Shown: piece by piece, positions 13,775 to 39,706 of the stretch
Layout: every line of letters starts with the position of its first letter
Position numbering within the stretch: the stretch's first letter is position 1
Source of the DNA: Ylistrum balloti
Taxonomy: Eukaryota
Assembly (NCBI RefSeq): GCF_031769215.1
Contig: NW_026782032.1
Span: 434,001 to 498,000 of the forward strand
Direction: 5' to 3'
DNA length: 64,000 bases
Notes under the pieces: generated by a model
What the model saw: only the letters and a program-made list of their open reading frames with translations
Databases searched by the model: none
Told to the model about the DNA's origin: nothing
Position numbers and translations under genes: made by a program

Positions 13775-15155
13775 GGTACATGATCATCAGGGTGATTATT
13801 CTGTGGTACATGTTCCCCAGGGTGATTATTCTGTGGTATGTGTTCCCCAGGGTGATTATTCTGTGGTACATGTTCCCCAGGGTGATAATTCTGTAGTACA
13901 TGTTCCCCAGGGTGATTATACTGTGGTACATATTCCCCAGGGTGATTATTCTGTGGTACATGTTCCCCAGGGTGATTATACTGTGGTACATGTTCCCCAG
14001 GGTGACTATTCTGTGGTACATGTTCCCCAGGTTGATTATTCTGTAGTACATGTTCCCCAGGGTAAAGATTATGTGGTACATGTTCCCCAAGGTGATGATT
14101 CTGTGGTACATGTTCCCCAGGGTGATGATTCTGTGGTACATGTTCCCCAGGGTGATGATTCTCTGGTTCATGTTTCCCACGGGGATTATTCTGTGGTACA
14201 TGTTCACCAGGGTGATGATTCTGTGGTACATGTTCCCCAGGGTGATGATTCTGTTGTACATGTTCACCAGGGTAAGTATTCTGTGGTACATGTTCCCGAG
14301 GGTGAGTATTCTGTGGTATATGTTCCCCAGGGTGATTATTCTGTGGTATATGTTCCCCAGGGTGATTATTCTGTGGTACATGTTCCCCAGGGTGAGTATT
14401 CTATGGTATATGTTCCCCAGAGTGAGTATTCTGTGGTATATGTCTCCCAGGGTGACTATTCTGTGGTACATGTTCCCCAGGGTGATAATTCTGTTGTACA
14501 TGTTCCCAAGGGTGAGTATTCTGTGGTATATGTCCCCATGATGATTATCCAGTGGTACATGTTTCTCATTGTGATTATTTTTTTTGTGGTATATGTTCCA
14601 TTGGGTAACTCTGTGGTATATGTTCCCTAGAGTGATTAGTTTGTGGTACATGTTTCCCAGGGTGACAATTCTGTGGTACATGTTCCCAAGGGTAACTCTG
14701 TGTTACATGTTCCCCAGGGTAACTCTGTGTTACACGTTCCCAGGGTAACTCTGTGGTACATGTTCCCCAGGGTAACTCTGTGGTACATAATCCCCATGGT
14801 AACTCTGTGTTACATGTTCCCCAGGGTAACTCTGTGTTACATGTTCACCAGGGTAACTCTGTGTTACACGTTCCCAGGGTAACTCTGTGGTACATGTTCC
14901 CCAGGGTAACTCTGTGGTACATAATCCCCATGGTAACTCTGTGTTACATGTTCCCCATGGTAACTCTGTGTTACATGTTCCCCAGGGTAACTCTGTGTTA
15001 CATGTTCACCAGGGTAACTCTGTGTTACATGTTGCCCAGGGTGATTATTCTGTGGTACATGTTCCCCAGGGTGATTATTCTGTGGTATATGTTCCCTAGA
15101 GTGATTATTTTGTGGCACATGTTCCCCAGGGTAACTCTGTGGTACATGTTCCCAA
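13775..15155. repeat. Compound minisatellite: 30-bp units, then 27/26-bp derivative units with a 134-bp higher-order period, then 30-bp units again
   Basis: Units GGTACATGTTCCCCAGGGTGATTATTCTGT and GGTACATGTTCCCCAGGGTAACTCTGT; the variant ATAATCCCCATGG recurs at 14787 and 14921. Confidence 0.96.
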
Positions 15156-17448
15156 GGATGATGATTTTTGTGATGATCATTCAGTGATGTTACCTTGGGT
15201 TATAATCCAAGGTACGATATACTACAGAACTGTACATTTATTTGGTTTAATTCAAGTTTGCTTCACTCTTGCAAAATTAACTGTCAAATGATGATGAAAT
15301 GAAATAAACAAAAAAATGTGACAAATTTCATTGTTCTTGATTTTTGTTTGTTAATGAAATACGTTGTCAACCATCTATCACAATCTTTCAGGATTTCAAA
15401 CTTTTCTGGTGATGGAAAATCTTCAACTTTTGTGAAGATATCTTGATGACTACCTACTCTCCTTTCAATTAACATTACTCTTCTGCATTCACCAAGGTTT
15501 CCAGCAGTTTACCAACTGTTGTAGATTTATGGGATTTCTTTTGAAATTTGTTTTAACTCCACTGATATATCTGCTGTATGTATATAAGATATATTTGTTT
15601 GGCTTATGAGATTTTATATTGTAACAAGTTTTCTGAGATTAAACTGTAGACAGTTGGCCATGGCAGTTGCGGTCAGCTTCACAACTATAGATCGCACTTA
15701 CATGTGTATATTCAGTCTTGTTTTATGAGCAAATTACTAGTCCACCAACAAAGAGTGTCCAAATCACTCTTTGTTCATTGTTTCTTTCCCAAATTTCATA
15801 TGTAGGTTTCCTTGGTCCCTATTTGTTTATTGTCCATTTAAGGACTGATCAAACATTCAAAATGGCTGACAGGAGGCCATTTTTTATTTTGACATTAATA
15901 ATTTGTCATTTTTCTTTCTTGAGTACTTTATAGATAATTATTAAATTTTGTATGTAGGTTCCCCTTTGTCACTTGTTTTGGAGGATGCTCAGAAAACGAA
16001 CCTTCTTGATTTTTTACAAGTTTATTTCTTTTTAATCTTTTCTCATGAAGTATGAGAGAGGAATCATTCTAAAATTTACCATAAAAGGTTTTCTTTGATT
16101 TGTGTTGACCGAAAGGTAGCCATATTGGATTTGACAAACAAGTTGTTAATTGTCTTACTATTCTGATAGCGATTGACACATCAGTATCAAATTTTGAACG
16201 TCAGTTTTCCTTATGATGAATTCATCAGTCATTATTATAAGTACTGTAACTGATAGCAAATTAGAGGAGAGAACAGAAAAGGAAAAATATCCAATTTATA
16301 CAGAACCAATAAAGATCATACAATGGACTCAACCTGTGTGATAAGAAAACAGTTTAAGATGTCCAAAGGAGCTGACCACAGCTACTGTATTTAAAATGAT
16401 ATTGATCACAGTGATTTAAGGGCATGTAATTCTAGAATTATAGATTGAGGCACAGGAACTTGGCACAAATTTCTGACTATGGTCCATATTTATGTATTAT
16501 AGTTACTATGTTTTTTGCTACAAGTCCCAGTGAATTGATGACTGGTAACAAAGTTCTACTGAATGAGTGAAGGAACACTTACACAGTGTACAAACTATCT
16601 AAAAAGGGAGTACAAAGTAAAAGTAACGCCCTCTGTTACATGTTCGAAAAGAAATATCTGATGTAGAGGATTAGAACCAATAACAAGATTTGTCAAGGGG
16701 AATAACTCTTCCAAAACTGAAAAACTCCTCCATCAACACACAACATAGTCTGACATTCCTGTACTAGTACAAATGTCCTATGTCCTACCTATAGGAAACA
16801 AATACAAAAAAAACAAGTTTGATGATATCACATTTTATTGTTGATTTTATGTGCGGTACAGAAATAACATAGTAACACAGTAAAAGTTAAGGATATGTGG
16901 GTCATGACACACTATTTCAGATCATTGTAATCAGAAATAGGTCACAATAAATGTTTTTATACATCATATGTAAAAAAAATATATAGAAAAATGACTTATA
17001 AATACTAATGATAAAACTTCCCTTCTTCTTTAAAACCACAATACTTAAATTCATTATCCAACCATTGCACAGATGGAAAAATAGGACATCTAACTTGGAT
17101 AAAAGCTAGATTCTAAAGTTTTAACAGTCTGTCTGTTGATACAACGAACCAACAACGGACAGTCTAGCATTATTTCACTGATCTTTGCAGGCAGAAACTT
17201 TTTTTTTCTCCGAACACTCAATAAGAAAATTTAGAAAATGTCAAAAAAACATAGAAGCTCCCACTCCAGTGAACATTAGTTTGTAATAGCTTTGATAAAA
17301 ATTCAAAACTAACTGATGATATCAATTCAGGACAGCATGGCAGATATGACAAGACAGAATTGGGTAACACTATAATCCCCCCACCCCATAACATGGTTAT
17401 GGAATAAAAATTCATTATTGTTTGCAGGTAATTGTAAAACATTTACCA

Positions 17449-17454
17449 TTTATT
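17449..17454 (-). terminator. Candidate polyadenylation signal (AATAAA on -) for CCDC113
   Basis: TTTATT on +, about 415 nt past the stop codon; position only, no transcript support. Confidence 0.35.
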
Positions 17455-17496
17455 GAAAAAAAAACTTGCTAAAATATTTTTCTCAACTGATTCTTT

Positions 17497-17680
17497 TCCA
17501 GTGAAATCATACAGGATTTCCAGAGAAATCTTATGTGGTTCTGATGAAATCTTAAGGATTTCCAGTGAAATCTTACGGAATTTCCAGTGAAATCTTATGG
17601 AATTTCCAGTGAAATCTTACGGAATTTCCAGTAAATTCTTATGTGGTTTCCAGTGAAATCTTAAGGATTTCCGGTGAAAT
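17497..17680. repeat. 22-bp minisatellite (TTTCCAGTGAAATCTTAYGGAA) in the presumed CCDC113 3' UTR
   Basis: TTTCC at 17581 and 17603; about 8 units. Confidence 0.9.
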
Positions 17681-17867
17681 CAGCTGAATCAGAACTGATA
17701 GTAGACCATAGTATCACCTAGCCTAACACAATGCTTGATTCCAGGTCACATATATCTTAGTTCTAATCAATGCTTATTCAACAACAATACAATCACATGG
17801 AAGGTCTCATTATTTAATCGGAGTCATTCACTTCTTGTTATTATAAAGTTTTATATAGGACATCTGC

Positions 17868-20800
17868 CTACACAGCTTCCATCATACGCCACTGTGTCCC
17901 TTGCATCTGATTGGCTCCTGCCTGCAGTTGGTTCCAAGACTTCCTGTGGGTCTTCAATGCCATCTAACAACGAAAATAAAAGAGAAGATTAAACAAAGCA
18001 TTCCTGTATGCTTGTAAGAAAAATAGTTGAAATCAGGAAGCGTTGTCTCCATCTTGCTAAACATTTCACTGTTATCTCTCTATTACAATGTGTAGTGTAT
18101 TTCTTGACAGCAACATTTCTATAGTGTAAGAGTGACAGCAAATAACTGAAACCATTCATAACCAGCTGACTTATTTCTTTTCATTTTTGTTTCCAAATTA
18201 CTTAGATAACAGTAATCTGATTATAAAAGTACATAAAATATGGAAAATGTGTTTCATATGGAATTTTGGTTAGAATACAGATTCAATATTTGAAATATTA
18301 AGTATTCATCAATACCTTAAAGTGAAAAAAATTAATAAAGAATATAAGGATATGATCACAGTAAGTAAACAGTGCTGACATCCAGTTATGTTACCTCTGC
18401 TATTTCCACCTTCCTTTCCCAGCTTCGGACTTTCTTTTGAAGTTCATACAAATCTGCTTTTTCTGTGACATATTCCATCACCTCTGGGACTCTGTAATCT
18501 GCCAGTTGTTGGCGTAACTTTCTGTTTATTTTCTCTGCTTTTGCACGTTCCTGTAAAAAGTATTACATTAATCTAGAAAACAAAATTTCACAAAAAGCTT
18601 TGTCCATGTTTATTTTTTTTGGCTTGGAGGCTATTGGGTAAAGTCATGCAATACTTAAAAGTCTCACATAACCTTGACCTTGACCAAACAGACTGTTGTG
18701 TGGTTGGCATCAAATGACCCCTGAGTCCTTAAATACAGGTATAAACCAACATTTGGTTTCAGTATAAAAACAAAAGTTACGTTTTCACAAGTATTCAGTG
18801 ATTTCCACCTTTGACCTCTTGCTCTCACCTAGACCTTGACCTTGAAAGTTTTATACCTATTTTGGTAACTTGCAAATATTTATAAAGTTTTGATAAGTTA
18901 AGAGGAAAGTAAGAGTTTGTGTTCCTGACTGCACTTATGCCTGTACCTAACTTAATACCTTTATTCTATTTATAAAGTGGCCTTGACCTTGGGAGCTTGC
19001 AAAAAGCAGTAAATCATTATGAAACTAGGAAATATCTTAGACATAAATGTCCCAGTGGCCAGGCCTTGACCTTTGACTCCTAAAACATAACTATGTCCAA
19101 AGTCTACTCATAATTGACCCTTATAAAAAATTTGACAAAAATCTGCCAAAGATTGCAAGGTGCTTACACTGAATTGGGATGAGACAGGATCTGTTAAGAT
19201 GGACATGGACAATGCTACCCAGCAGGGTGCATAAAAACAAAAATTTAGAAATTTTAGTTCTGTGTCAAACAATGTCTGGAAATGAATGTCTGGAGGGCCA
19301 AGTAGAAAGAAACAGGGATGGTTACATAACTATGGGGCACCAGAATGTCTGGCCCTTACTGCATGTACATTTTCTATGTCTGATATCTAGAACATAGTTT
19401 ACAAAAATAATATACATACGTCACATTGATAGACCAAATTGTCTTATATTTCTTGTTACCAGCTCTGACAGTGGTTGCTCTACAGCCATATGGGCTTTTA
19501 ATGAAAGTTTTACAAAATTTGCACCCCTCCATGTAGCGAGATATTCACCACTTCCACTACACACTGTCACTACAAGAAGACACTCACCACTTCCACCACC
19601 TTTGTTTCTGCGTCTATCCTTGTCAGCAGGTCGTTCCTGGCAGTAATTTCTGATTTAAGTCTCTCTGACTCCATTGTTAATGTATGCAGCTTTTTCTATA
19701 AAATCAAAATGAAATAGAATATCGTTTATTATATTTTCCATCAAAAAAACTACAAACAGGTCTTGAGTCTTGCATTACGACAAGGTTTTAAGGTCTCAGC
19801 AGTTTTATTTTGAATTAAAACATGTTATTCATTTTCAAAAATGAAACCTCCATACAATACCAATGAATTGAATGATTATGAATCATTTTGAAAGGAAGAT
19901 GCTGTTTCACTAAATTTGTTAAATTTTAAGACTATAAACAAATATCTGTTATTTTCCATGTAAGTTCAATATTGAAAAGAGGAGAACTTTTCCAAACTTA
20001 AGTACTGTACTTCATTTTGAGGTGGATTGTCAACGTTTTATCCAGGACTGACTTTATCATATTTAACAAATTGGTTAATAATACCAAAGATACAATTAAA
20101 TCTATGTTACCTTGTACGAGTTGAGAACCTGCAGTGTCTTGCCAGCCATTAATTTTAGTCGCAGAAGATCCTGATTTCTCTCATCGATCTTTTCCAGGTA
20201 CTGCTGGTTTTCTATTTTCAGCTGATTGAAGTCTACCTCATGTAGTACCTCTCCCATCTCTTCTTTCTGAATGTAGAGTGTCACTTTATCAAGGGAATAT
20301 CTATACCCGAGTTCTCAGTGTTTAAGGCACTTTGAGACAAAGTATTCCTGGTCTATGATTACACGGTAATACTGCTGACTTTAAGTGGTATACATATGCA
20401 CATCTATTTATAAATTAAGGTTACCAATATGATTCTTAAAAAAAAATTAAAATAAAAAAAATTGAAGACTATTGGCATATATGTGTAGTTGATTATAACT
20501 TTAGAATAAATTAAAAGTAATAGTTACCTGTTTCAGCTGTAGATGTAATTTTTTCTTTTGTACTTTTAATGTTGAATTTTTCAGACGTAGTTTTTCAACT
20601 AAGGCATCCTGTTCAGAGAGAGAAAGGGAGAAAAAAAATCATAATTCTTTCTACACAATAATATCTGTATGTACATCTACAGTATACCCTATATATAATG
20701 AATTCGGATATAATGGAAACTCATTTTTTATGAACACATACACAATCTTCATTCAAATTCAAAGTATTTTATGTATTTTTGCTTGAATATGATAAATGGG

Positions 20801-23800
20801 CTATGATGAAATCCTGTATTTTCTGAAAAAAATTTTCAGTCCCCACAGCTAATTTGTTGACTTTGTTTACCAAGATATGGTGTAAACACCTACAAGGTAC
20901 TTCATTAATTACCCAATTAATATCTATGCATATTCATCAAATTAATAGTTCATTCATGTATATGATAATAAATATGTTGATCTAACCCTGTAGTTATCCA
21001 ATCATGTCTGACAACTTTATTCAGCTGACACATAACCAATAAGAGAGATAACATTCAAAAGCTTGACAATATATCTGCTTTTAATGAAACCCATTTATTA
21101 TGAACAAATAATGAGAGTTCCTAGGATTTCCTTATATCTGGGTTAGACCGTGATTTATAACTGAAAGACACATTATGTTTACTCTTACATATCAGGACAA
21201 GATACTTTCATTTAAAAAAAAATGAAAGTAAAAATAAACATTGCCCTTCTTCCAAAAAACACATACAAAGAAACATGTTTTAAAATCTTATACTTCATAG
21301 ACTTACTCGAGATCTTAATTTATCCTCAAAGTACCGTACAACTTTCTCAGCCATAACTGTGGCTGTTCGTGCATTCACTGAGCCTTTCAATATATCACGA
21401 TCAAATTCGTAGGATTCCTTCTTAGTCTCTGCTAATCTCAAATCTGCCTCTTCCATTATCGCCTACAAAGAAAAATTCAGTAAAGTGATACAAATGATTT
21501 TTATTATTTTTTTTTTAACTTTATATACAAGTTAAAACATTCAACAAGTTAACTTCAATTTAAATTCAAATTTGTGATACAGTAACCTGGTAATCATCAG
21601 TAGTTTATACTTAATCTCTTTCATCAATATGAAGATATAGTAAAATTGACTCAAGCATACCTTGAATGTATCTAGAATCTTTTCACAATTTTCTTTCAGT
21701 TTTTCAATTTCTTCTTTGAGTTCATCAATTTCTTTTTGTGCAATGTCACATTTCTGCTCTGTGTTAAGACGCATTGACGACTTGTCAATGTTACTACTCC
21801 GAGATTTTGACCGCTTCCTGTTTACACCACGCATTACATCCTGGTTGGAGGTTGATGGAACAACACCTGTTGTAGCTGTACCCGGTCCTGGTGTCCCCAG
21901 GGTATCTTTTGTTTCGTTTCTTTTGAGGTATTTTTCAAACATCTGCGTTTCTGTTGCAAGAACATCATTTTCTTTTCTGCAAAAATAAAAATAAATATTT
22001 TTTAGATATAATTGCACGTTTTAGTCATGTGGATTATTAGAAAACATACAAGCACAAGACTTTATAACCATTATCAAACAATTTACCAGAAATGGCAGAT
22101 TTTTGTAATGCAATAACAGATCATAGTACCAAAGACAAATAGATACCATCATAACACATTTTCCAATTAGATAAGTTCTGCCATCACCAGATTTTCAAGG
22201 AAAGAAATTCAGGTATTACTGAACCGTAGGTGTTTCCTGAACAATTGATTTCCATGTATGTTTATTCATATACTGATAAAGTCATTAAGTGCAAGGCAAC
22301 ATACATGTATGTGTTTTGGTAAAGGCTGAGACTGCTGTCTGCTTGCATAATTGAAACAAATACTAATTCAGAAAATTTATGGCATTGTGTACCAGGGGTT
22401 ATATTCCCAATTGTATTCAGCTTCTCCTGGTATCCTAATTATAGCTAGCTTATTTGAAAAGACAGGAAAAAAGAGCTAAGCCAATGAGTGTGTATGAATA
22501 AATGATATGAATGAGCAATACTTTCCTTATTTTTCAAAATCGTTTGTTTATTGAAGCATTTATTTGCTTATGATAAAGTGTTCAGATGTTATGAACACAA
22601 CAGTACAGGTTCATCATGTGATATCATTGCCTTGACCAAGTTAAGCAAGACACATAATATACAAAGGTTCATGCATCATCACAGCAGCATGAATATCCTG
22701 TGTCATGGACAAAAATGATAAACAGAAGTGATCAATCTTATATAATATACAGATCAATGATACAAAACCATACAGAAAAATTAAACATTGCTATAACTCA
22801 ACAATTTAACAAAATTAATTACAAAAGACATAAAAAAAGGAAGTATTTCATGTCTGGACCTGAAGGGAAACAAATGGCACTGAAGATTTTAGTGTACAGC
22901 TGCAAAGTACACAGGTGTAACTACAACTCATTGTGAAATAAACAGACAGTACTTTAAGGCTCATCACAACATTCATTTTTATATACAATCGTACTTTTAT
23001 GGGAAAGTGTTCAAACTATTAATACAAACACTTATCAGACCTCATCTTTATACTTCCAGTGTTAATTTCTTTATTCTGAGGTGAGTGCCAAGTGCCCATT
23101 AAGGGAATAAGAAATTGCCTTATGTCCATAATCTACAGAGCCTTTGCAGAATGATTGAGATTGTACTGATGGAAAATGTCCAGAGCCACAAAACTAGCTC
23201 TTAAGTACCTTGAAATTCACTAAGCACTGAAAAATAGTACACCTCATAACCTTGAAACTGTGAAACCTTGAAACAGCATAGGACCAAGTGGAAACTGTAA
23301 ATGGCTTACAAAATTAAATTCTAAATAACATAAACTATTGTATAATGAAAGTGTCATCTCAAATGTAGCCGAGATGGATACCGACAGCAGGATATGAAGA
23401 CATCCACAAAAAAAAAAAAAAAATAGAAAAACAGAAACACAGTAACTAATTAACGGAGATGTAAAATACAGGTCCCTATGTTGGTATTTCTTTAATCATG
23501 AATGTCTGTTACATCCATGTTTTTGAAGATGAATCTGTTCTATTTTAATGGCTTTTTGTTTATATTGGATTTGTTTTCTTTAATCTAGTAAATAAATATG
23601 CTCCATAGAGCCTTGTGTAGCAAAAGACGATAACTAAACCAACTTACGAATGTTATAATGACATTGATGAAGGAGTGTCCTACAAATTATGAGTTTATCA
23701 TGAACTGATAGTAAGGCAATCATGTCAATAATTAAAGTTTGGTTAATACAGCGAATACAGTACTGATCATCGACATTTGTTTTCATTTTGTTTAAAACGT

Positions 23801-23991
23801 AAAGCGTACTTTAGAGGGCATTAAGCGCAGCTCATGAACCTAGAAAAACAACAACTTTGCCTCTGATTAGCAGGTGTTACTTACTGCATATCCTCAACCA
23901 TATGAAAAAGTTGTTCATCGGACAGATCCTGTAGTGGATCGTCCCCAGCATCATTGCTGGTATCGAGACTCATTGATTCCGAGTCGGCCAT
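17868..23991 (-). CDS. CCDC113: Coiled-coil domain-containing protein 113 (CFAP263), complete, 391 aa
   Basis: Exons (-): 23991-23885, 21976-21661, 21462-21307, 20608-20528, 20266-20111, 19695-19588, 18550-18395, 17963-17868. All GT-AG, total 1176 nt, open frame. Peptides LATETQMFEKY, RSKSRS, AIMEEADLR, LRLKNSTLKVQKKKL, QKEEMGEVLHEVDFNQLKIEN and WERKVEIAEMALK match CCDC113 as recalled. Confidence 0.95.
18600..19240. mobile_element. Degenerate non-autonomous (Helentron-associated-like) element remnant in a CCDC113 intron
   Basis: Repeated CCTTGACCTTGA motifs (about 18672, 18836, 18981, 19065) and a ...CCAGCAGGGTGCATAAAAA end typical of bivalve elements; boundaries uncertain. Confidence 0.4.
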
Positions 23992-24006
23992 TTTTTATGC
24001 TTTCTT

Positions 24007-24045
24007 GTTGCTAATGGAAAACATCCGGGCTACTGCCATGGGCGA
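24007..24045. promoter_or_regulatory. Two RFX X-box-like motifs just upstream of the CCDC113 ATG
   Basis: GTTGCTAATGGAAAC (24007-24021) and CTGCCATGGGCGAC (24032-24045), compared with consensus GTTGCCATGGNAAC; fits a ciliary gene. Confidence 0.6.
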
Positions 24046-24637
24046 CAACTCGTGCGAGTTCCTAAATGAAGGTATTACAAACGAATCAAGTTCGCACTGA
24101 ACTCGTCTCCAATGAATCAACAACTTGCTTCACATGCAATCTAGTAAATATTACTTAACTACATAAAAAAATAGAAAATGCATATCTTGAACACTCGAGA
24201 AGCTGGTGGTGAGCGAAATCAAACTCTATTTTAGGCAATTACAACGAAGTGATGCGACACGTTTTGGTCTTCCGAAAAGTGAAAATACATTGTTTTCGTA
24301 TAAACATACTAATGAGTAATAAACAAAATGTCTATTTTTTAAATGTGTGTAGCCAGATCTTGGAGACAATAAGCATACAGAAATACTCTAAAACTATAAA
24401 AAAAAAAAAAAAAAAGAGTCCAATATAGAGCTACTAGAATGCTTAGTAAATTAAAAGCGGCATGGTGCTATAGTAATGTCTATGATTTTAACCCTGTCGG
24501 AAAATTTATTAAGATGAAATTGTTTTCGTCTGCTTTAATTGGGTGTAAAATTTTAAGTCACTTTTCACAACTGAAATCTTAATCTTGAACGTGTATAATA
24601 ATGGCGATATAACGAAGTCCGTTTTGTCTGGTAGGAC

Positions 24638-24663
24638 CAGGGACGTTAATATATACGTCCCTG
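24638..24663. mobile_element. 26-bp TIR-only micro-element flanked by a 7-bp direct repeat
   Basis: GTAGGAC|CAGGGACGT-TAATATAT-ACGTCCCTG|GTAGGAC. Confidence 0.5.
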
Positions 24664-25759
24664 GTAGGACCAATGTATTGTATAAGGTATATAGTTATTT
24701 AGTACGCTGTACATGCTGTTTATGCAGTTTTTTTGTGTGCGGATGTTGAAAAGCGAATATTATTTCTTTTCATTACATTATCCGCTTGTTACATAGTTAA
24801 TTCTTCCGGGTAATAATTTGTATGAATATGTCATTAGTCATTAGTGAGTCATGTGATTAAATCTAAAAAAGTAAATTTTTGGCAAGACTGGCAACCATAA
24901 AAATAACTTCTGTGACTCGTGTTATAAATGTTATTATGAAATGACTGAAACTTATGTATGTTGACGTTGGCGTGTCCCATATAAAGGTCAGAAAATGGGG
25001 CGGGGGGGGGGAGAGGCTGTTCTTACTCGAGAACCATAAATTCTCTCTACCATATAGGTCGAAAACATGGTTTTAATTCCTTCTGTCGTCTCTTTTTTTC
25101 GAATTTTTGAAAAGATAAACAAGTTCTTCATAGAACATAAATATCAAAAATAGAAATGGAACAGATACGACATAAATGAAGACATCGATTACTAATTGTT
25201 ATGAAAAAAAATCACCATTTGACATGCCATAGATAACGAAGACATGGCGATTCTTAAACATATCAGCTACAACACAATGTATCATTTAAATCCGTCTAGC
25301 TGTCCGCTGAAAGTTTACAAAGACGTAAGAAAACCGTTGTGAATAAGGAAGGATGTGCAAATTCGGGCAATATGTTAATAACGTATCGACAAATGGCTAC
25401 GATTGCATATAAACAAAGAAGAAAAAATATATACAGTTTTCTCGTGTCTTTGTTTTCGTGCTGGGGTTATCGCACAAACCGGTTCAAGTATTCATCTGAA
25501 AATGCGTTTTCCCTGTTCAAAAAGTTCTTCCAACCAATGTCCCAGCACTCTTGTTTATATGTATATGTATTCCGCTTGCAATCTTTGACTACACTAAAAT
25601 ATGGACCTACACTGCAGTTCAGTTTCATTTTTCGAATGCAGCAATTTTCATCCCGGAGTGCAGATTTATTATTATTATTTTTACCTGTATTTTCTTCCGC
25701 ATATATTTTTGTACTATATCATTCTTCGTAATAGAATGAAGATTTCTTTTGGTGATCAT

Positions 25760-25870
25760 GGTTCGATTCCCGGCTCGGACATGAAAAGGTATGAGGTCAC
25801 CTACCCGACCACGTAGGTTTTCCCCGGTTACTCCGATTTTCTCACACAACAAGACTCCTCACCCGCTCCT
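25760..25870 (+). mobile_element. 5'-truncated tRNA-derived SINE (V/Meta-type core) in the divergent CCDC113-CK2alpha intergenic region
   Basis: B box GGTTCGATTCC at 25760, followed by GGTTTTCCCCGGTTACTCCGATTTTCTCACAC, which resembles the conserved SINE core GGTTTTCTCCGGGTACTCCGGTTTCCTCCCAC; no clear A box. Confidence 0.7.
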
Positions 25871-26399
25871 TTCCGGGCCAACATGAGTGGTTAATATAAA
25901 CTTAAAGCTTGTCTCGCAATTGTCTCCGTTATAACATCGATCCCGTTTAAACAAAAAACCTCGGAATCGATAAAACATGCATGGGATTAAGTGTTGCAGA
26001 AGAAAGCAACAATGATAATGATACCTACTATCCATGAATGGTAAGCGTTTTCTGCTAACGCGACGACAAGGCAAATTTTTGATCAACCTAACCAGATTTA
26101 TGCAAGGATCTCGAAAATAGAACGGCTTATATGTTTAATAAATTATACACACGCACACGTGAGGAATAAAAAGAGAAAATAAATCAAGTTCTTTCCAAAG
26201 TGAACTGCTCGTGGAACACCCGCCAAATACCTTATACAATGTGACACCAACATGTTTTTTTTTTTTAATTATTCAACATATTCAGTATCCCATGATTTGA
26301 AGAAACACTACACATCAAACACATTCGCTGAATCGATTTCCGTACATTTACTTAACTACGAGATATTGGACATGTTTTGATTGGTGTAGTATAAATAAA

Positions 26400-26893
26400 A
26401 AGGTGAAACCAGTCGCTTCACATTCCGACCAAGGGAAACAACTCGTAAATACACGAGGTAGGTAAGCCTCGTTCCTGCACCTTCGCGGGTCATCCTTGGC
26501 AGCCATTTTGACTTGAGAGAATGGAATACGGACTAAAAAGGAAATTCATCGGTGTCGACCTCCTTTGAAACGGTCACCACGGTGGTTTACGTGGCACCAA
26601 TAGCTTCATTAGTTATTGAACTTTGAGATAGTGAGAGTAGATATTTCCTCGATGTAGGTCTGTATGGGAAACGAAACAACATTTTACATGGTACAACTAA
26701 CGAGAGTTTCCAGTTTTACGGGAACCGGGAGGGTGCTGTCTCGGGTTCCACGCATATGTTTAGTGTTTGTCGTGAAGTAAACACTAAAATTCTCCTAGTT
26801 CGTTCCGTCCAAAAAGCAGTCATTTTTCGTACATTTAGCAAGTACTTTAGGGAAATAAGTCATTTAGGACAGTCAATACGAAAATTTACAAAA
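26400..26893 (+). promoter_or_regulatory. Probable CK2alpha promoter and non-coding first exon, with an intron at about 26462-26850
   Basis: CpG-rich; donor AG|GTAAGC at 26462; acceptor TACTTTAG at 26850; YY1-like GCCATTTTG at 26502-26510. Confidence 0.5.
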
Positions 26894-39074
<12,181 letters not shown>

Positions 39075-39706
39075 GGGGCCAGCAAACGTCACATTGCCTG
39101 CCTGTCTGCCTGAATGCCTGCCTGCCTGTCTGTCCGCTCTCAGATCAAATCTGTCGGCTAGTCGGTCTGTCTGTGGGCACATCCAGATCAGTATGTGAAC
39201 ATTTGTGACCAAGTGAATGTGCTATATGGAAGTTTTAGTATCAAAGAGGGCCCAATCAGTACATTAATGATGATGAATATTATTATAGTACCTGGTCTGA
39301 AAGTCAACATGTTCCATTGTGATTTAGTTTATGATGAAATGTAGTCGGTACATTTGTGACGATCATGTTTCTCGGGTGTATTGACTTTACCGCTATTAGT
39401 GATATTGACTTCTAAATGGGAGTGAAATGTTCAGATTTCCTCTCATTTGCAGTATATATGGTATACAGTGCAAACATTTGCAATTTTTAGTGTTCTGGTT
39501 CATGTACTAGGCAGTGTGAGGACAGTGATTTGTTTACGGTGACGATGTACTCCTCACTATGTACATGACTGGGCAGTTTAATTACATAGATGCTAGGTAA
39601 CTAACAAAGTAAATGTTGATTAATGCAGTATTTGGTGTCTAACTCTTTGTGCTACAGATGTTTTATTGGTGTATATCAATATTTAAGGGGACGGGGGGAA
39701 TTAAGT

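Noticed and set aside
2770-15155. Regular arrays resembling CRISPR
   Set aside because: Units are head-to-tail with no unique spacers; there are no cas genes and the context is eukaryotic.
405-15187. Long ORFs at 405-1130, 6106-6938, 8345-8971 and 13716-15187 (also 42032-42594)
   Set aside because: They are translations of tandem repeats, often open in several frames and on both strands, with no domain or splice support.
15284-15600. Protein-like minus-strand stretch (..TVGKLLETLVNAEE, IFTKVEDFPSPEKFEILKDCDRW..)
   Set aside because: Broken over several frames with stops and no recognisable homology; at best a decayed fragment. tBLASTx would be needed.
19543-19600. Duplicated donor motif 39 nt downstream of the true CCDC113 donor (GTGGAAGTG|GTGAAT)
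   Set aside because: The extension contains an in-frame TAG, and there is no evidence it is used.
26340-26510. Minus-strand ATG in CAAAATGGCTGCC with a ~53-codon ORF
   Set aside because: Better explained as a YY1-type motif in the CK2alpha first intron; the ORF has no homology or splice support.
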